Shown: one piece after another, positions 1-12,169 of the stretch | How positions within the stretch are numbered: the first letter of the stretch is position 1 | Layout of the letters: each line of letters opens with the position of its first letter | NCBI GenBank assembly: GCA_963712105.1 | Contig: CAVQGR010000014.1 | Span: 39,546 to 103,545 of the forward strand | Direction of reading: 5' to 3' | DNA: 64,000 nt | DNA from: an uncultured beta proteobacterium | GTDB lineage: Bacteria > Pseudomonadota > Gammaproteobacteria > Burkholderiales > Casimicrobiaceae | Translations under genes and position numbers: made by a program | The notes under the pieces: generated by a model | Databases searched by the model: none | What the model was told of the DNA's origin: nothing | What the model saw: the letters and a program-made list of their open reading frames with translations, nothing else

Positions 1-373
1 TTTCGCCCAGCAGAGGCTGCGACAGGATGACGATGAACACCGGCGCCAGATGGAACATGGCCGAGGCCTCGGCCAGCGGCAGGTAGCGGAGCCCGCTGAA
101 AAAGCTGACGGTCGCCAGCATCAGGAACACCGAGCGCAGCAGCTGCATCCTCAGGTTGCGGGTGCGCCAGAACGCGGGACCGGCGCGATGACGGACAAAG
201 GGCGTGACCACCAGCATCTGGCCCACGTAACGTGCCCATACGACCAGCGCCAACGGATGGTCGCGGATCAGGTACTTGGCGGTGGCGTCGAGCGTGGTCA
301 GGCACAGCCCGGCCAGCAGGAACAGCGGCAGCGCGACGACGAGCGGATGCGGATGCAGGGTGCCAGACGACAT
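1..373 (-). CDS. EamA/DMT-family transporter, 5' part only (gene runs off the left edge)
   Basis: My own translation of the minus strand from the ATG at 373 gives MSSGTLHPHPLVVALPLFLLAGLCLTTLDATAKYLIRDHPLALVVWARYVGQMLVV...LRYLPLAEASAMFHLAPVFIVILSQPLLGE. It shows successive hydrophobic helices and an EamA-like LPLAEA..P segment. It is absent from the ORF track because no stop lies in the window. Confidence 0.6.
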   Translation of the reverse strand, partial: MSSGTLHPHPLVVALPLFLLAGLCLTTLDATAKYLIRDHPLALVVWARYVGQMLVVTPFVRHRAGPAFWRTRNLRMQLLRSVFLMLATVSFFSGLRYLPLAEASAMFHLAPVFIVILSQPLLGE

Positions 374-425
374 TGGGATTGAGCGCGAACGGGCCCGCGC
401 AGAATGAGGGGATTCGCGCGGGGAG

Positions 426-462
426 GCGCGTTGCGGACCCCGACACTGGGCCCGCAACGCGC
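426..462 (-). terminator. GC-rich hairpin directly downstream of the acnA stop, with no U-tract
   Basis: An 11-bp perfect inverted repeat, GCGCGTTGCGG (426-436) and CCGCAACGCGC (452-462), with a 15-nt loop. It lies 8 nt past the acnA stop codon (470-472). No T/U run follows on the minus strand, so it is not a canonical intrinsic terminator. Confidence 0.3.
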
Positions 463-469
463 ATGGCGG

Positions 470-3298
<2,829 letters not shown>

Positions 3299-3321
3299 GA
3301 CGGGGACCTCTGGGGTGGGGT

Positions 3322-3873
3322 TCATTTGGACAGGATGGGCGACTTGCCGGCCAGTACGCCCTTGATGTTGATCTTCTGCCCGCCGGCGGTGACCAGGTCT
3401 CCCGGCGCGAGGCCGTCGCGGCAGGCGCCGACGTACTTGCCCTCGATGCTGGACTTGGTTTCCTTCATGCCCATGAACGGTGGCTCGTAGGTCGCCGCGA
3501 TCTCGGTCCGGTAGGCGGTATCTCCGGTGAGCGTCATCACCGTGCGCGAGCGGATGGTCGACGTCCCGACCTTGCATTCGGCGGTGGTGACGATGCGTGA
3601 TCCTTCGCGCTTGAATTCGCTCTTGGTGCACATTTCCTTGCGCATGCCGGCGCTCATTTCGATCAGCTGCTGCTGCATCGCCTCGTCGGTGCACATGGTC
3701 GACTTGGCCGGAGTGCTGGCGGTCGCGCCGGACTTGGCGGCGGCACCGATGGGCGTCGTGGTGGTGGTCATTTCCCACTGTCCGGGCTTGAGCTTCGGAT
3801 AGTCCTGCGCGGACGCCACGGGAACGCAGGCCAGCGCAATTGCGGAAGCGACGATCAGTATCGATGTGCGCAT
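3322..3873 (-). CDS. DUF3617-like secreted/lipoprotein-type protein
   Basis: The internal start [23 protein letters not shown] looks like a signal peptide. It is followed by a KPGQWE motif typical of DUF3617. I trimmed the track ORF 3322..3957. Confidence 0.6.
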   Translation of the reverse strand: MRTSILIVASAIALACVPVASAQDYPKLKPGQWEMTTTTTPIGAAAKSGATASTPAKSTMCTDEAMQQQLIEMSAGMRKEMCTKSEFKREGSRIVTTAECKVGTSTIRSRTVMTLTGDTAYRTEIAATYEPPFMGMKETKSSIEGKYVGACRDGLAPGDLVTAGGQKINIKGVLAGKSPILSK

Positions 3874-3953
3874 GAGAGCCTCGGTTCGGAAGACCAGTCG
3901 ATCATCATAACGACCATTCGTCGCGCGGTGACGGCGATGGGCGCACAGGCGGC

Positions 3954-4985
3954 TCAATTCGGTGTCCGCGGCGGGTCGAACAGCGCCAGGGCGGCTTCGG
4001 GCAGCGTCGCACCGGCGGCTCCGGCACGGCGCAGAATCGACCAGGCGAGGCGGTAGGACGCGCGATCATGCAGTTCACCATCAAGACGCAGCGGCGCCCA
4101 GTCGGCGGCCTGCGCGGCGAGCAATACCGCGACCGCCTCGTCGACCGCACCCGCCTCGGGCCGCAGCGCGTCGACAATCGGTCCGATCTGCGCCGGATGG
4201 ATGCTCCACATGCGCAGAAAGCCGAATTCGTCGCGCGCACGGCGCGCGTCGGCGAAGGTTGCCGCAGGGTCGTCCAGGGCGCGAGTGACGTTGTGCACGG
4301 GGACCACGCCGTGGGCGAGCGCGGCGGCCACGATCTGGCACTTGGCGTGACGCACCAGGGCATGGTCGAACTGCCCCGGCGTCACCATCGCGCTGCCGGG
4401 AATCGCGCCGTCGTGTGCGCTGACGAAGTCCAGCAGGCCGAAGTCCAGCGACACGACGCCGGGAAGCGCCGCGATGCGCCAGGCATCGTGGACCGCGCCC
4501 GGCGTTTCCAGCAGCACGCTCACCGGAATGCTTCGGCCGAGTCCGAGGCGTGTGCCGCGATCCGCGACGTAGGCCATGAAGTGCTCGACGTCGGCGACCG
4601 ATTGGGCCTTGGGGAGCGTCAGGAAGGCGATGCGGTCGCCGGCACCGTCGAGCAGCAGGTCGATCTCGAGCTGCCAGGCCGGGTGTCCGACGTCGTGCAC
4701 GCGGGCACCGACGCGGCCGTAACGGTTCTCGGGGCTCCCGATCAGCGCGGCCATGGCGACCGCGTGCGCGCGTTCCTCGCCCAGCGGCGCGCCGTCCTCG
4801 CAGTCGCAGGCGACGTCGAACACCGGTCCGCGCTCGGCCTGCAGCGCGAGCGCCTTGGACAGATAGCGCACCTGGCCCGCGTAATGAACGCAGGGCGGCA
4901 ACGCCGGCAGGGGCCGGCGGCCGTCGTAGAGAGCGGACTCCGGCGTCAACCGCTGCGGCGGTGCAGTCTGCGTCACGTCAGCCAA
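3954..4985 (-). CDS. HpcH/HpaI aldolase / citrate-lyase beta (CitE)-like lyase
   Basis: Shows [12 protein letters not shown] (a D-x-E-D type motif) and LLETPGAV / LDFGLLDF metal-site-like segments, as in CitE/malyl-CoA lyase family proteins. The start is uncertain: TTG at 4985 overlaps the mdh end, and GTG at 4976 is an alternative. Confidence 0.7.
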   Translation of the reverse strand: MADVTQTAPPQRLTPESALYDGRRPLPALPPCVHYAGQVRYLSKALALQAERGPVFDVACDCEDGAPLGEERAHAVAMAALIGSPENRYGRVGARVHDVGHPAWQLEIDLLLDGAGDRIAFLTLPKAQSVADVEHFMAYVADRGTRLGLGRSIPVSVLLETPGAVHDAWRIAALPGVVSLDFGLLDFVSAHDGAIPGSAMVTPGQFDHALVRHAKCQIVAAALAHGVVPVHNVTRALDDPAATFADARRARDEFGFLRMWSIHPAQIGPIVDALRPEAGAVDEAVAVLLAAQAADWAPLRLDGELHDRASYRLAWSILRRAGAAGATLPEAALALFDPPRTPN

Positions 4986-5964
4986 GCATCGGGGCGACGC
5001 CCGCGCGTTCCTCGTTCAATTCCTTCAACGTCGCGTCCATTCGTTCACGCGAAAACGCGTCGATGGTCAGGTCGGTGACGCGCGTGTACTCGCCGTTTGC
5101 GGTGGTGACAGGTACGCCGTACATGGTGTCGACGGGAATTCCGTAGCTGCCGTCTGAGGGAATACCCATGGTCACCCACTTGCCGTTGCTGCCCAGCACC
5201 CAGTCGCGAATATGGTCGATGGCGGCGTTGGCGGCGGAGGCCGCCGAGGACAGCCCGCGCGCCTCGATGATCGCGGCGCCGCGCTTGCCGACCTTGGGCA
5301 GGAACTCGTCGCGATTCCAGGCCTCGTCGTTGATCATGTCCTTCACCAATTTCCCGTCCACGGTGGCGAAACGGTAATCGGCGTACATCGTAGGCGAGTG
5401 ATTGCCCCAGACCACCATTCTCTCGACGGTGCCCACCGGCTTGCCGGCCTTGGAAGCGACCTGGGAACGGGCGCGGTTGTGATCGAGGCGCAACATGGCG
5501 GTGAAGTTCTTTTTCGGCAGCGACGGCGCGGATTTCATCGCAATATAGGCATTGGTGTTGGCCGGATTGCCGACCACCAGCACCTTGACGTTGCGCGAAG
5601 CGACGGCGTCCAGCGCCTTGCCCTGCTCGACGAAGATCTTGGCGTTCTCGAGTAGCAGATCCTTGCGCTCCATGCCCGGCCCACGCGGCTTTGCGCCGAC
5701 CAGCATCGCGATGTCGGCGTCCTTGAAGGCGACCATGGGATCACCGGTGCCGATCATTCCGGCGAGGAGGGGGAAGGCACAATCCTCGAGTTCCATCATG
5801 ACCCCGCGTAGCGCGGCCTGCGCCTTGTCCAGCGGCAGTTCGAGCATTTGCAGGATTACCGGCTGGTCGCGACCGAGCATTTCGCCCGAGGCAATCCTGA
5901 AGAGGAGGGCGTAACCGATCTGGCCGGCGGCGCCGGTCACGGCAACGCGGATGGGTGCGTTCAT
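4978..5964 (-). CDS. mdh: Malate dehydrogenase (LDH-like, 328 aa type)
   Basis: N-terminal Rossmann motif [22 protein letters not shown], with full-length resemblance to the Thermus/Burkholderia-type Mdh. An AGGAG ribosome-binding site lies upstream of the ATG at 5964. Confidence 0.95.
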   Translation of the reverse strand: MNAPIRVAVTGAAGQIGYALLFRIASGEMLGRDQPVILQMLELPLDKAQAALRGVMMELEDCAFPLLAGMIGTGDPMVAFKDADIAMLVGAKPRGPGMERKDLLLENAKIFVEQGKALDAVASRNVKVLVVGNPANTNAYIAMKSAPSLPKKNFTAMLRLDHNRARSQVASKAGKPVGTVERMVVWGNHSPTMYADYRFATVDGKLVKDMINDEAWNRDEFLPKVGKRGAAIIEARGLSSAASAANAAIDHIRDWVLGSNGKWVTMGIPSDGSYGIPVDTMYGVPVTTANGEYTRVTDLTIDAFSRERMDATLKELNEERAGVAPMLG

Positions 5965-6236
5965 CTGAGGCTCCTGACGAGTGAGAGCATGCGAAGTTTC
6001 ACGTGTCGGCCGGCGTTGACGCGGTGCAGCATGGTCTGCGCTCCCGGGGCGCGCAACGTGAAGGCGAAAAGCGTGGACCGCAGTGCGGAATTCTAGGCTT
6101 GCGTCAGGTCGGTGTCAACGAGATCATGTATCTGATATAAGATATAAGACATGAATTCGACAGCAGCCCGGACGGTGACCATAATCGCAGTTGTCTGCCG
6201 CTCCCGACCGGCGCTCTTTCCGGCGTCGCAACCACG

Positions 6237-6971
6237 ATGACCGAACCGCCTGCTCCGTCTTTCGCCCCGTTGTACCTGCAGATCAAGGCCCTGGTCGAGC
6301 GCAGTCTCGATGCCGGCGAATGGCACCCGGGCGAGGCGATTCCGTCGGAGATCGAACTGGCAGCGCGTTTCCGGGTATCGCAGGGGACCGTGCGCAAGGC
6401 CATCGACGCGCTCGCCGCCGACAATCTGGTCGTTCGTCGGCAGGGCAAGGGGACCTTCGTCGCCACCCATACCGAGGAGAGCACCTCCAATTTCCGCTTT
6501 CTGCGCATCCGCCGCGACGATGGCGGCGTGGAACAACCGGCAAGCCGCCTGCTCGACGTCCGCCGTGGCAAGGCGACCTCGGAAATCGCCCGCTTGCTCG
6601 CCTTGAAACCCGGGGAACCCGTGCTGCTGCTGCGCCGCGTTCTCGACTACGCCGGGACGGCGGTGGTCTACGATGAAATCTCGCTGCCGGCCGCACTGTT
6701 TCGCGGCCTGACCAAGGAACGTTACGACGCCTACCACGGCTCGATGTACGGCTTTTTCGAAACCGAGTTCGGCGTGCGCATGCTGAAGGCGCAGGAGCGC
6801 CTTCGCGCGGTCGCCGCCGACGCCGCCAGCGCGGCCGCGCTCGGCGTGCCGGAGGGTACGCCGCTGCTCGCTGTCGACCGCGTGACGCTCACCTACGGCG
6901 AGCGCCCGGTGGAGGTGCGCCGCGGACTATGCGCCACGCACGGCTTCCATTATTTGAACGAACTATTCTGA
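6237..6971 (+). CDS. GntR-family (HutC/UTRA-type) transcriptional regulator
   Basis: Winged-helix segment IPSEIELAARFRVSQGTVRKAIDALAADNLV, with a C-terminal UTRA-like domain. Its position ahead of sdhC is typical of betaproteobacterial sdh clusters. Confidence 0.85.
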   Translation: MTEPPAPSFAPLYLQIKALVERSLDAGEWHPGEAIPSEIELAARFRVSQGTVRKAIDALAADNLVVRRQGKGTFVATHTEESTSNFRFLRIRRDDGGVEQPASRLLDVRRGKATSEIARLLALKPGEPVLLLRRVLDYAGTAVVYDEISLPAALFRGLTKERYDAYHGSMYGFFETEFGVRMLKAQERLRAVAADAASAAALGVPEGTPLLAVDRVTLTYGERPVEVRRGLCATHGFHYLNELF

Positions 6972-7059
6972 TTGCGCGCCGGCGGGGCGAGTCGGCGCGA
7001 GATTCGCTGCCGCGACACGTTGTCCGGTCCACTTCTGGCGTGGATTAGCCCGCTGCGGC

Positions 7060-7080
7060 TATAATTCTGTGCTGTGCACA
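7060..7080 (+). promoter_or_regulatory. Putative sdh promoter -10 box plus an adjacent small palindrome (candidate operator)
   Basis: A perfect TATAAT at 7060-7065 lies in an AT-richer patch 82 nt upstream of sdhC. It is followed directly by TGTGC-TGT-GCACA (7068-7080). I found no convincing -35 element. Confidence 0.3.
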
Positions 7081-7146
7081 AAAGTAAAGCTTTCTCGTGC
7101 CGCCACGCCAGTTTTTTCCGTTTTCACCGCCAAGAGGTGACCGCCA

Positions 7147-7545
7147 ATGGCCGCGCTGGACCGTTCTGCCGCTAAGCCGCGCCCGATCTATCTGAATCTG
7201 TTCGCGATCCGGATGCCGCTGCCGGCCTTCGTGTCCATCCTGCACCGGGCGAGCGGCGCGCTGCTGTTCGTGCTCGGGACGCCGCTGCTGCTCTGGGTGA
7301 CCCAACGTGCGCTGGCCTCGCCCGACGGCTGGGCGGCGATGCGCGCGGCGTTTGCCTCCCCGGTTGTCAAGCTGCTGGCGCTGGCGCTGGCGTGGGCATT
7401 CATCCACCACCTGCTGGCCGGAATCCGGCACCTGGTCATGGACATGCACGTGGGCGTGGATCTCAGGTCGGCGAGGCAGTCGGCGGCGCTGGTCTTCGTG
7501 CTGGCGCTGGTGCTGACGCTGACCGTGGGGGTGAAATTATGGTGA
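7147..7545 (+). CDS. sdhC: Succinate dehydrogenase cytochrome b556 subunit
   Basis: A 132-aa membrane protein with three hydrophobic helices, in first position of the sdhCDAB operon. The SILHRASG segment matches the SdhC family. Confidence 0.9.
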   Translation: MAALDRSAAKPRPIYLNLFAIRMPLPAFVSILHRASGALLFVLGTPLLLWVTQRALASPDGWAAMRAAFASPVVKLLALALAWAFIHHLLAGIRHLVMDMHVGVDLRSARQSAALVFVLALVLTLTVGVKLW

Positions 7546-7895
7546 GCGCAGAACGCGTCGTCGTCGGCGCCCACTACGGTTGGCGTGACTGGCTGGTCCA
7601 GCGCGTCAGCGCCGTCATCATGGCGCTCTACACGCTGCTCGTCCTGGGCCTGTTGCTGTGGCATGGTGGACTGGAGTACGCGGCGTGGAAGGCCACGTTC
7701 GCCAACGAGGCGTTCCGCCTCGCCACCTTCATCGTGATGGTGGCCGCGCTGTGGCATGCGTGGGTCGGCGTGCGCAACATCCTGATGGACTACGTCAAGC
7801 CGGTCGGCGTGCGTCTCGCCATGCAGGTTGCGGTGATCGCGCTGCTGGTCGCCCAGGTCGGCTGGACCATCCAGATCCTGTGGGGCATGCCGTGA
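7539..7895 (+). CDS. sdhD: Succinate dehydrogenase hydrophobic membrane anchor
   Basis: The internal ATG at 7539 (MVSAERVVVGAHYGWRDWLVQRVSAV...) overlaps the sdhC stop. The protein is 118 aa with three TM helices. I trimmed track ORF 7392..7895. Confidence 0.85.
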   Translation: MVSAERVVVGAHYGWRDWLVQRVSAVIMALYTLLVLGLLLWHGGLEYAAWKATFANEAFRLATFIVMVAALWHAWVGVRNILMDYVKPVGVRLAMQVAVIALLVAQVGWTIQILWGMP

Positions 7896-7941
7896 CCGGT
7901 CGGCGCAACCGAAATAACCACTTACCCGAAGAGGCCCTCGA

Positions 7942-9717
7942 TTGACGCCGGTCGCCGCACTTCCCGTTCGCAAGTTTGACGCGATCATCGTCGGCGCCGG
8001 CGGGTCCGGCATGCGCGCCTCGCTGCAACTCGCCGAGGCCGGCCTGTCGGTGGCGGTGCTGTCCAAGGTGTTCCCGACCCGCTCGCATACAGTGGCCGCG
8101 CAGGGCGGCATCGGCGCATCGCTGGGCAACATGGCCGAGGATCACTGGCTCTGGCACATGTACGACACCATCAAGGGTTCGGACTGGCTGGGCGACCAGG
8201 ACGCCATCGAATACATGTGCCGGATGGCCCCGCAGGTCGTCTACGAACTTGAACACTTCGGCATGCCGTTCGACCGCAACGCCGACGGCACCATCTACCA
8301 GCGTCCGTTCGGCGGGCACATGGCCAATTTCGGCGAGACGCCGGTGCAGCGTGCCTGCGCGGCCGCCGACCGCACCGGCCACGCGATGCTGCATACGCTC
8401 TACCAGCGCAACGTCCGCGCGCACACGCAGTTCTTCGTCGAATGGATGGCGCTCGATCTCATCCGCGATGCCGATGGCGACGTGATTGGCGTCGTGGCCT
8501 ACGAGATGGAGACCGGGCAGGTGATGATCCTGCAGGCCAAGGTGACCATGCTCGCCACCGGCGGCGCCGGGCGCATCTTCGCTGCCTCGACCAACGCCTT
8601 TATCAACACCGGCGACGGGCTGGGCATGGCGGCGCGCGCGGGATTGCCACTGGAAGACATGGAATTCTGGCAGTTCCACCCGACCGGCGTGGCCGGCGCG
8701 GGCGTACTGATCACCGAGGGCGTGCGCGGCGAGGGCGGCATCCTGCTCAACAGCGAAGGCGAGCGCTTCATGGAGCGCTATGCGCCCAATGCCAAGGATC
8801 TGGCGTCGCGTGATGTCGTCTCGCGGTCGATGGACCAGGAAATCAAGGAGGGCCGCGGCTGCGGTCCCGACAAGGACCACGTGATGCTCAAGCTCGATCA
8901 TCTCGGTCCCGAGGTGATCATGAAGCGGCTGCCGTCGATCCGCGAGATCGCCATCAAGTTCGCCAACGTCGACCCGATCAGGGAGCCGATTCCCGTCGTG
9001 CCGACCATTCATTACCAGATGGGCGGCGTGCCGACCAACATCCACGGCCAGGTCGTCGCGCCGCGGGATGGCGACCCCAACGCAGTCGTCCACGGGCTGT
9101 ACGCAGTCGGCGAATGCTCGTGCGTGTCGGTGCACGGCGCCAATCGGCTGGGCACCAATTCGCTGCTCGACCTGCTGGTGTTCGGCCGCGCCGCCGGGAT
9201 GCACATCGTCGAGCAGAATCTGAAGGCAACCGCGCACAAGTCGCTGCCGAAGGACGCGGGCGACCTGTCGCGCGCGCGGTTGGCGCGCCTGGATGGCGCC
9301 AAGTCCGGCGAGTCGGTGCCGGAGGTGGCGGCAGCGATCCGCAGGATGATGCAGTCGCATTGCGGCGTGTTCCGCAACCAGGAATTGCTGAGCGAGGGCG
9401 TGCGGATGATCGGTGAACTTGAGGCGCGCGTGCAGCGCACCGCGATCAAGGATCACAGCCGCACCTTCAACACCGCCCGGGTCGAGGCGCTGGAACTGGA
9501 CAACCTGATCGAGACCGCCAAAGCCACGGTTATTTCCGCGGAAGCGCGACGCGAGTCGCGCGGCGCGCAGGCGCGCAGCGACTATCCGGACCGCGACGAT
9601 GCGAGCTTTCTCAAGCATTCGCTGTGGTATCGCGAGGGCAACCGCCTCGACTACAAGCCGGTCAACCTGAAGCCGCTGTCGGTGGATTCATTCCCGCCGA
9701 AAGCACGCGCGTACTGA
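7942..9717 (+). CDS. sdhA: Succinate dehydrogenase flavoprotein subunit
   Basis: [15 protein letters not shown] dinucleotide fold and the FHPTG covalent-FAD histidine motif. The N-terminus is collinear with E. coli SdhA. The start is TTG, preceded by GAAGAGG. Confidence 0.97.
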   Translation: MTPVAALPVRKFDAIIVGAGGSGMRASLQLAEAGLSVAVLSKVFPTRSHTVAAQGGIGASLGNMAEDHWLWHMYDTIKGSDWLGDQDAIEYMCRMAPQVVYELEHFGMPFDRNADGTIYQRPFGGHMANFGETPVQRACAAADRTGHAMLHTLYQRNVRAHTQFFVEWMALDLIRDADGDVIGVVAYEMETGQVMILQAKVTMLATGGAGRIFAASTNAFINTGDGLGMAARAGLPLEDMEFWQFHPTGVAGAGVLITEGVRGEGGILLNSEGERFMERYAPNAKDLASRDVVSRSMDQEIKEGRGCGPDKDHVMLKLDHLGPEVIMKRLPSIREIAIKFANVDPIREPIPVVPTIHYQMGGVPTNIHGQVVAPRDGDPNAVVHGLYAVGECSCVSVHGANRLGTNSLLDLLVFGRAAGMHIVEQNLKATAHKSLPKDAGDLSRARLARLDGAKSGESVPEVAAAIRRMMQSHCGVFRNQELLSEGVRMIGELEARVQRTAIKDHSRTFNTARVEALELDNLIETAKATVISAEARRESRGAQARSDYPDRDDASFLKHSLWYREGNRLDYKPVNLKPLSVDSFPPKARAY

Positions 9718-9741
9718 CCGCGCATTGAACCCGGAGCCCCG

Positions 9742-10437
9742 ATGAAATTCCGCGTCTACCGCTACGATCCCGAGAAGGACGCCAAGCCCTACACGCAGGA
9801 GTACGACGTCGCGCTGCAGCCGACCGATCGCATGCTGCTCGACGCGCTGATGCGCCTGAAGATGCAGGACGACACGTTGTCGTTTCGCCGCAGTTGCCGC
9901 GAAGGGGTCTGTGGTTCCGACGCCATGAACATCAACGGCAAGAACGGCCTCGCCTGCATCACCAATCTCAAGGACGTGCGCGAACCGGTCGAGCTGCGCC
10001 CGCTGCCTGGGTTGCCGGTGATCCGCGACCTCATCGTCGACATGACGCAGTTCTTTGAGCAGTACCATTCGATCAAGCCCTACCTGGTCAACGATACGCC
10101 CGCGCCGGAGAAGGAACGTCTGCAGTCGCCGGGTGAGCGCGAGGAACTCGACGGCCTTTACGAGTGCATCCTCTGCGCCTGCTGTTCGACGGCCTGCCCG
10201 TCGTTCTGGTGGAACCCGGACAAGTTCGTCGGCCCGGCCGGCCTGCTTGCCGCCTATCGCTTCATCGCCGACAGCCGCGATCAGGCAACGGGCGCGCGTC
10301 TGGATAACCTGGAGGATCCGTATCGGCTGTTCCGCTGTCATTCGATCATGAACTGTGTCGATGTCTGCCCCAAGGGGCTCAATCCGACGCAGGCGATCGG
10401 CAGGATCAAGGACATCATGGTCAAACGTGCCATCTGA
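9742..10437 (+). CDS. sdhB: Succinate dehydrogenase iron-sulfur subunit
   Basis: Three Cys clusters: CREGVCGSDAMNINGKNGLAC, CILCACCSTACPSFWW and CHSIMNCVDVCPKGLNP. Confidence 0.97.
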   Translation: MKFRVYRYDPEKDAKPYTQEYDVALQPTDRMLLDALMRLKMQDDTLSFRRSCREGVCGSDAMNINGKNGLACITNLKDVREPVELRPLPGLPVIRDLIVDMTQFFEQYHSIKPYLVNDTPAPEKERLQSPGEREELDGLYECILCACCSTACPSFWWNPDKFVGPAGLLAAYRFIADSRDQATGARLDNLEDPYRLFRCHSIMNCVDVCPKGLNPTQAIGRIKDIMVKRAI

Positions 10438-10445
10438 CCGCAACG

Positions 10446-10685
10446 ATGACGCCGGAGCGGTGGAACAGGATCGTCTGGCGCTGCCGTCGCGGCATGCTTG
10501 AGAACGACCTCGTGCTGACCCGGTTTCTGCAATCCCGGGGACGCGCGATGAGCGAGGGCGAGTTGGCGATGCTGGATCGCCTGCTTGACCTCCCGGACAA
10601 CGAACTTTGGGAGTTGATTGCCGGGCGCTGCGAGCCCGATGACCCAGGAGTACTGCCGCTACTGGCGCAATTGCGCGCGGCGTGA
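10446..10685 (+). CDS. sdhE: FAD assembly factor SdhE (DUF339)
   Basis: A 79-aa protein carrying the RGxxE motif ([10 protein letters not shown]), located immediately after sdhB. Confidence 0.85.
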   Translation: MTPERWNRIVWRCRRGMLENDLVLTRFLQSRGRAMSEGELAMLDRLLDLPDNELWELIAGRCEPDDPGVLPLLAQLRAA

Positions 10686-10779
10686 ACGTCGTCGCGGACT
10701 TGCGAGTTTCGATTCAGCAACCGGTCCGGCCCGTGCCGGATCAACAGCACGCCCTCAGGGCGCCAAGGAGACCATAGCC

Positions 10780-12087
10780 ATGACCGACCGAACCGCGACT
10801 CTTTCCTTCTCCGATGGCGCACCGCCTGTGACCTTTCCGATACATGCGGGTACCATCGGCCCCGACGTCGTCGACATCCGGACGCTGTACGCCAAGACCG
10901 GTGATTTCACTCTAGATCCAGGTTTCCTTTCCACCGCCTCCTGCAGTTCGGCAATCACCTACATCGACGGCGACAAGGGCGAACTGCTCTATCGCGGCTA
11001 TCCGATCGAGGAACTCGCGACGCGCTGCGACTTCCTGGAAACCTGCCACCTGCTGCTGTACGGCGAACTGCCCAATGCCGTGCAGAGGGCGGACTTCTCG
11101 AAACTCGTCATGAGCCACACGCTGGTCAACGAGCAGATGCATTTCTTCCTGCGCGGATTCCGCCGCAATTCGCACCCGATGGCGGTGTTGACCGGACTGG
11201 TCGGCGCACTTTCGGCGTTCTATCCGGACTCCATGAATCTGAACGACGAGCACCAGCGCAACATTTCGGCCATCCGGCTGATTGCCAAGATGCCGACGAT
11301 GGTGGCGATGGCCTACAAGTACACGATCGGCGAACCGTACATGTACCCGCAGAATCACCTGTCCTACGGCGCGAATTTCATGCGCATGATGTTCGCCACG
11401 CCCTGCGAGGAGTACATTGCCAACGAGGTGCTGGTGCGCGCGCTCGACCGGATCTTCATCCTGCACGCCGACCACGAGCAGAACGCGTCGACGTCGACGG
11501 TGCGCCTGTGCGGATCGTCGGGCACCAATCCGTTCGCGGCGATCGCCGCCGGCGTAGCCTGCCTGTGGGGCCCTGCGCATGGCGGCGCCAACGAGGCCGC
11601 GCTCAGCATGCTCTACGACATCCAGGCGCAGGGCGGCGTTGCCAAGATCGGCGAGTTCATCGCCAAGGTCAAGGACAAGGACTCGCCGGTGCGGCTGATG
11701 GGTTTCGGCCATCGCGTCTACAAGAACTACGATCCGCGAGCCAAGCTGATGCGCGAGACCTGCTACGAGGTACTCAACGAGCTGGGACTGCAGAAGGACC
11801 CGCTGTTCGAACTGGCGATGACGCTGGAGAAGATCGCGCTCGAGGACGACTACTTCGTGCAGCGCAAGCTGTATCCGAACGTGGACTTCTATTCGGGCAT
11901 CGTGCAGAAGGCCATTGGCATCCCGGTACAGCTGTTCACGGCGGTCTTCGCGCTGGCGCGTACCGCAGGCTGGATCGCGCAGCTGAACGAGATGATCGTC
12001 GATCCGGACCAGAAGATCGGTCGGCCACGGCAGCTCTATATCGGTGCGGCGCGCCGCTCGGTGGTCCCGGTGGCGGAGCGTGCCTGA
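10780..12087 (+). CDS. gltA: Citrate synthase (type II)
   Basis: [14 protein letters not shown] signature. The start is trimmed to the ATG at 10780 ([10 protein letters not shown]...), with AAGGAG 10 nt upstream. Confidence 0.96.
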   Translation: MTDRTATLSFSDGAPPVTFPIHAGTIGPDVVDIRTLYAKTGDFTLDPGFLSTASCSSAITYIDGDKGELLYRGYPIEELATRCDFLETCHLLLYGELPNAVQRADFSKLVMSHTLVNEQMHFFLRGFRRNSHPMAVLTGLVGALSAFYPDSMNLNDEHQRNISAIRLIAKMPTMVAMAYKYTIGEPYMYPQNHLSYGANFMRMMFATPCEEYIANEVLVRALDRIFILHADHEQNASTSTVRLCGSSGTNPFAAIAAGVACLWGPAHGGANEAALSMLYDIQAQGGVAKIGEFIAKVKDKDSPVRLMGFGHRVYKNYDPRAKLMRETCYEVLNELGLQKDPLFELAMTLEKIALEDDYFVQRKLYPNVDFYSGIVQKAIGIPVQLFTAVFALARTAGWIAQLNEMIVDPDQKIGRPRQLYIGAARRSVVPVAERA

Positions 12088-12118
12088 CGGCTGGTCCCGT
12101 TTTAGACCAGTGGGTGCC

Positions 12119-12139
12119 TGCGGCGCGACGAGCGCCGCA
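12119..12139 (+). terminator. Hairpin between gltA and sucA (possible attenuator)
   Basis: TGCGGCGC-GACGA-GCGCCGCA forms an 8-bp stem. It is preceded by a second small hairpin, CTGGTC-N8-GACCAG. No T-tract follows. Confidence 0.25.
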
Positions 12140-12169
12140 GCCTCAATGCAGATGAATGAAGGGTAACGC

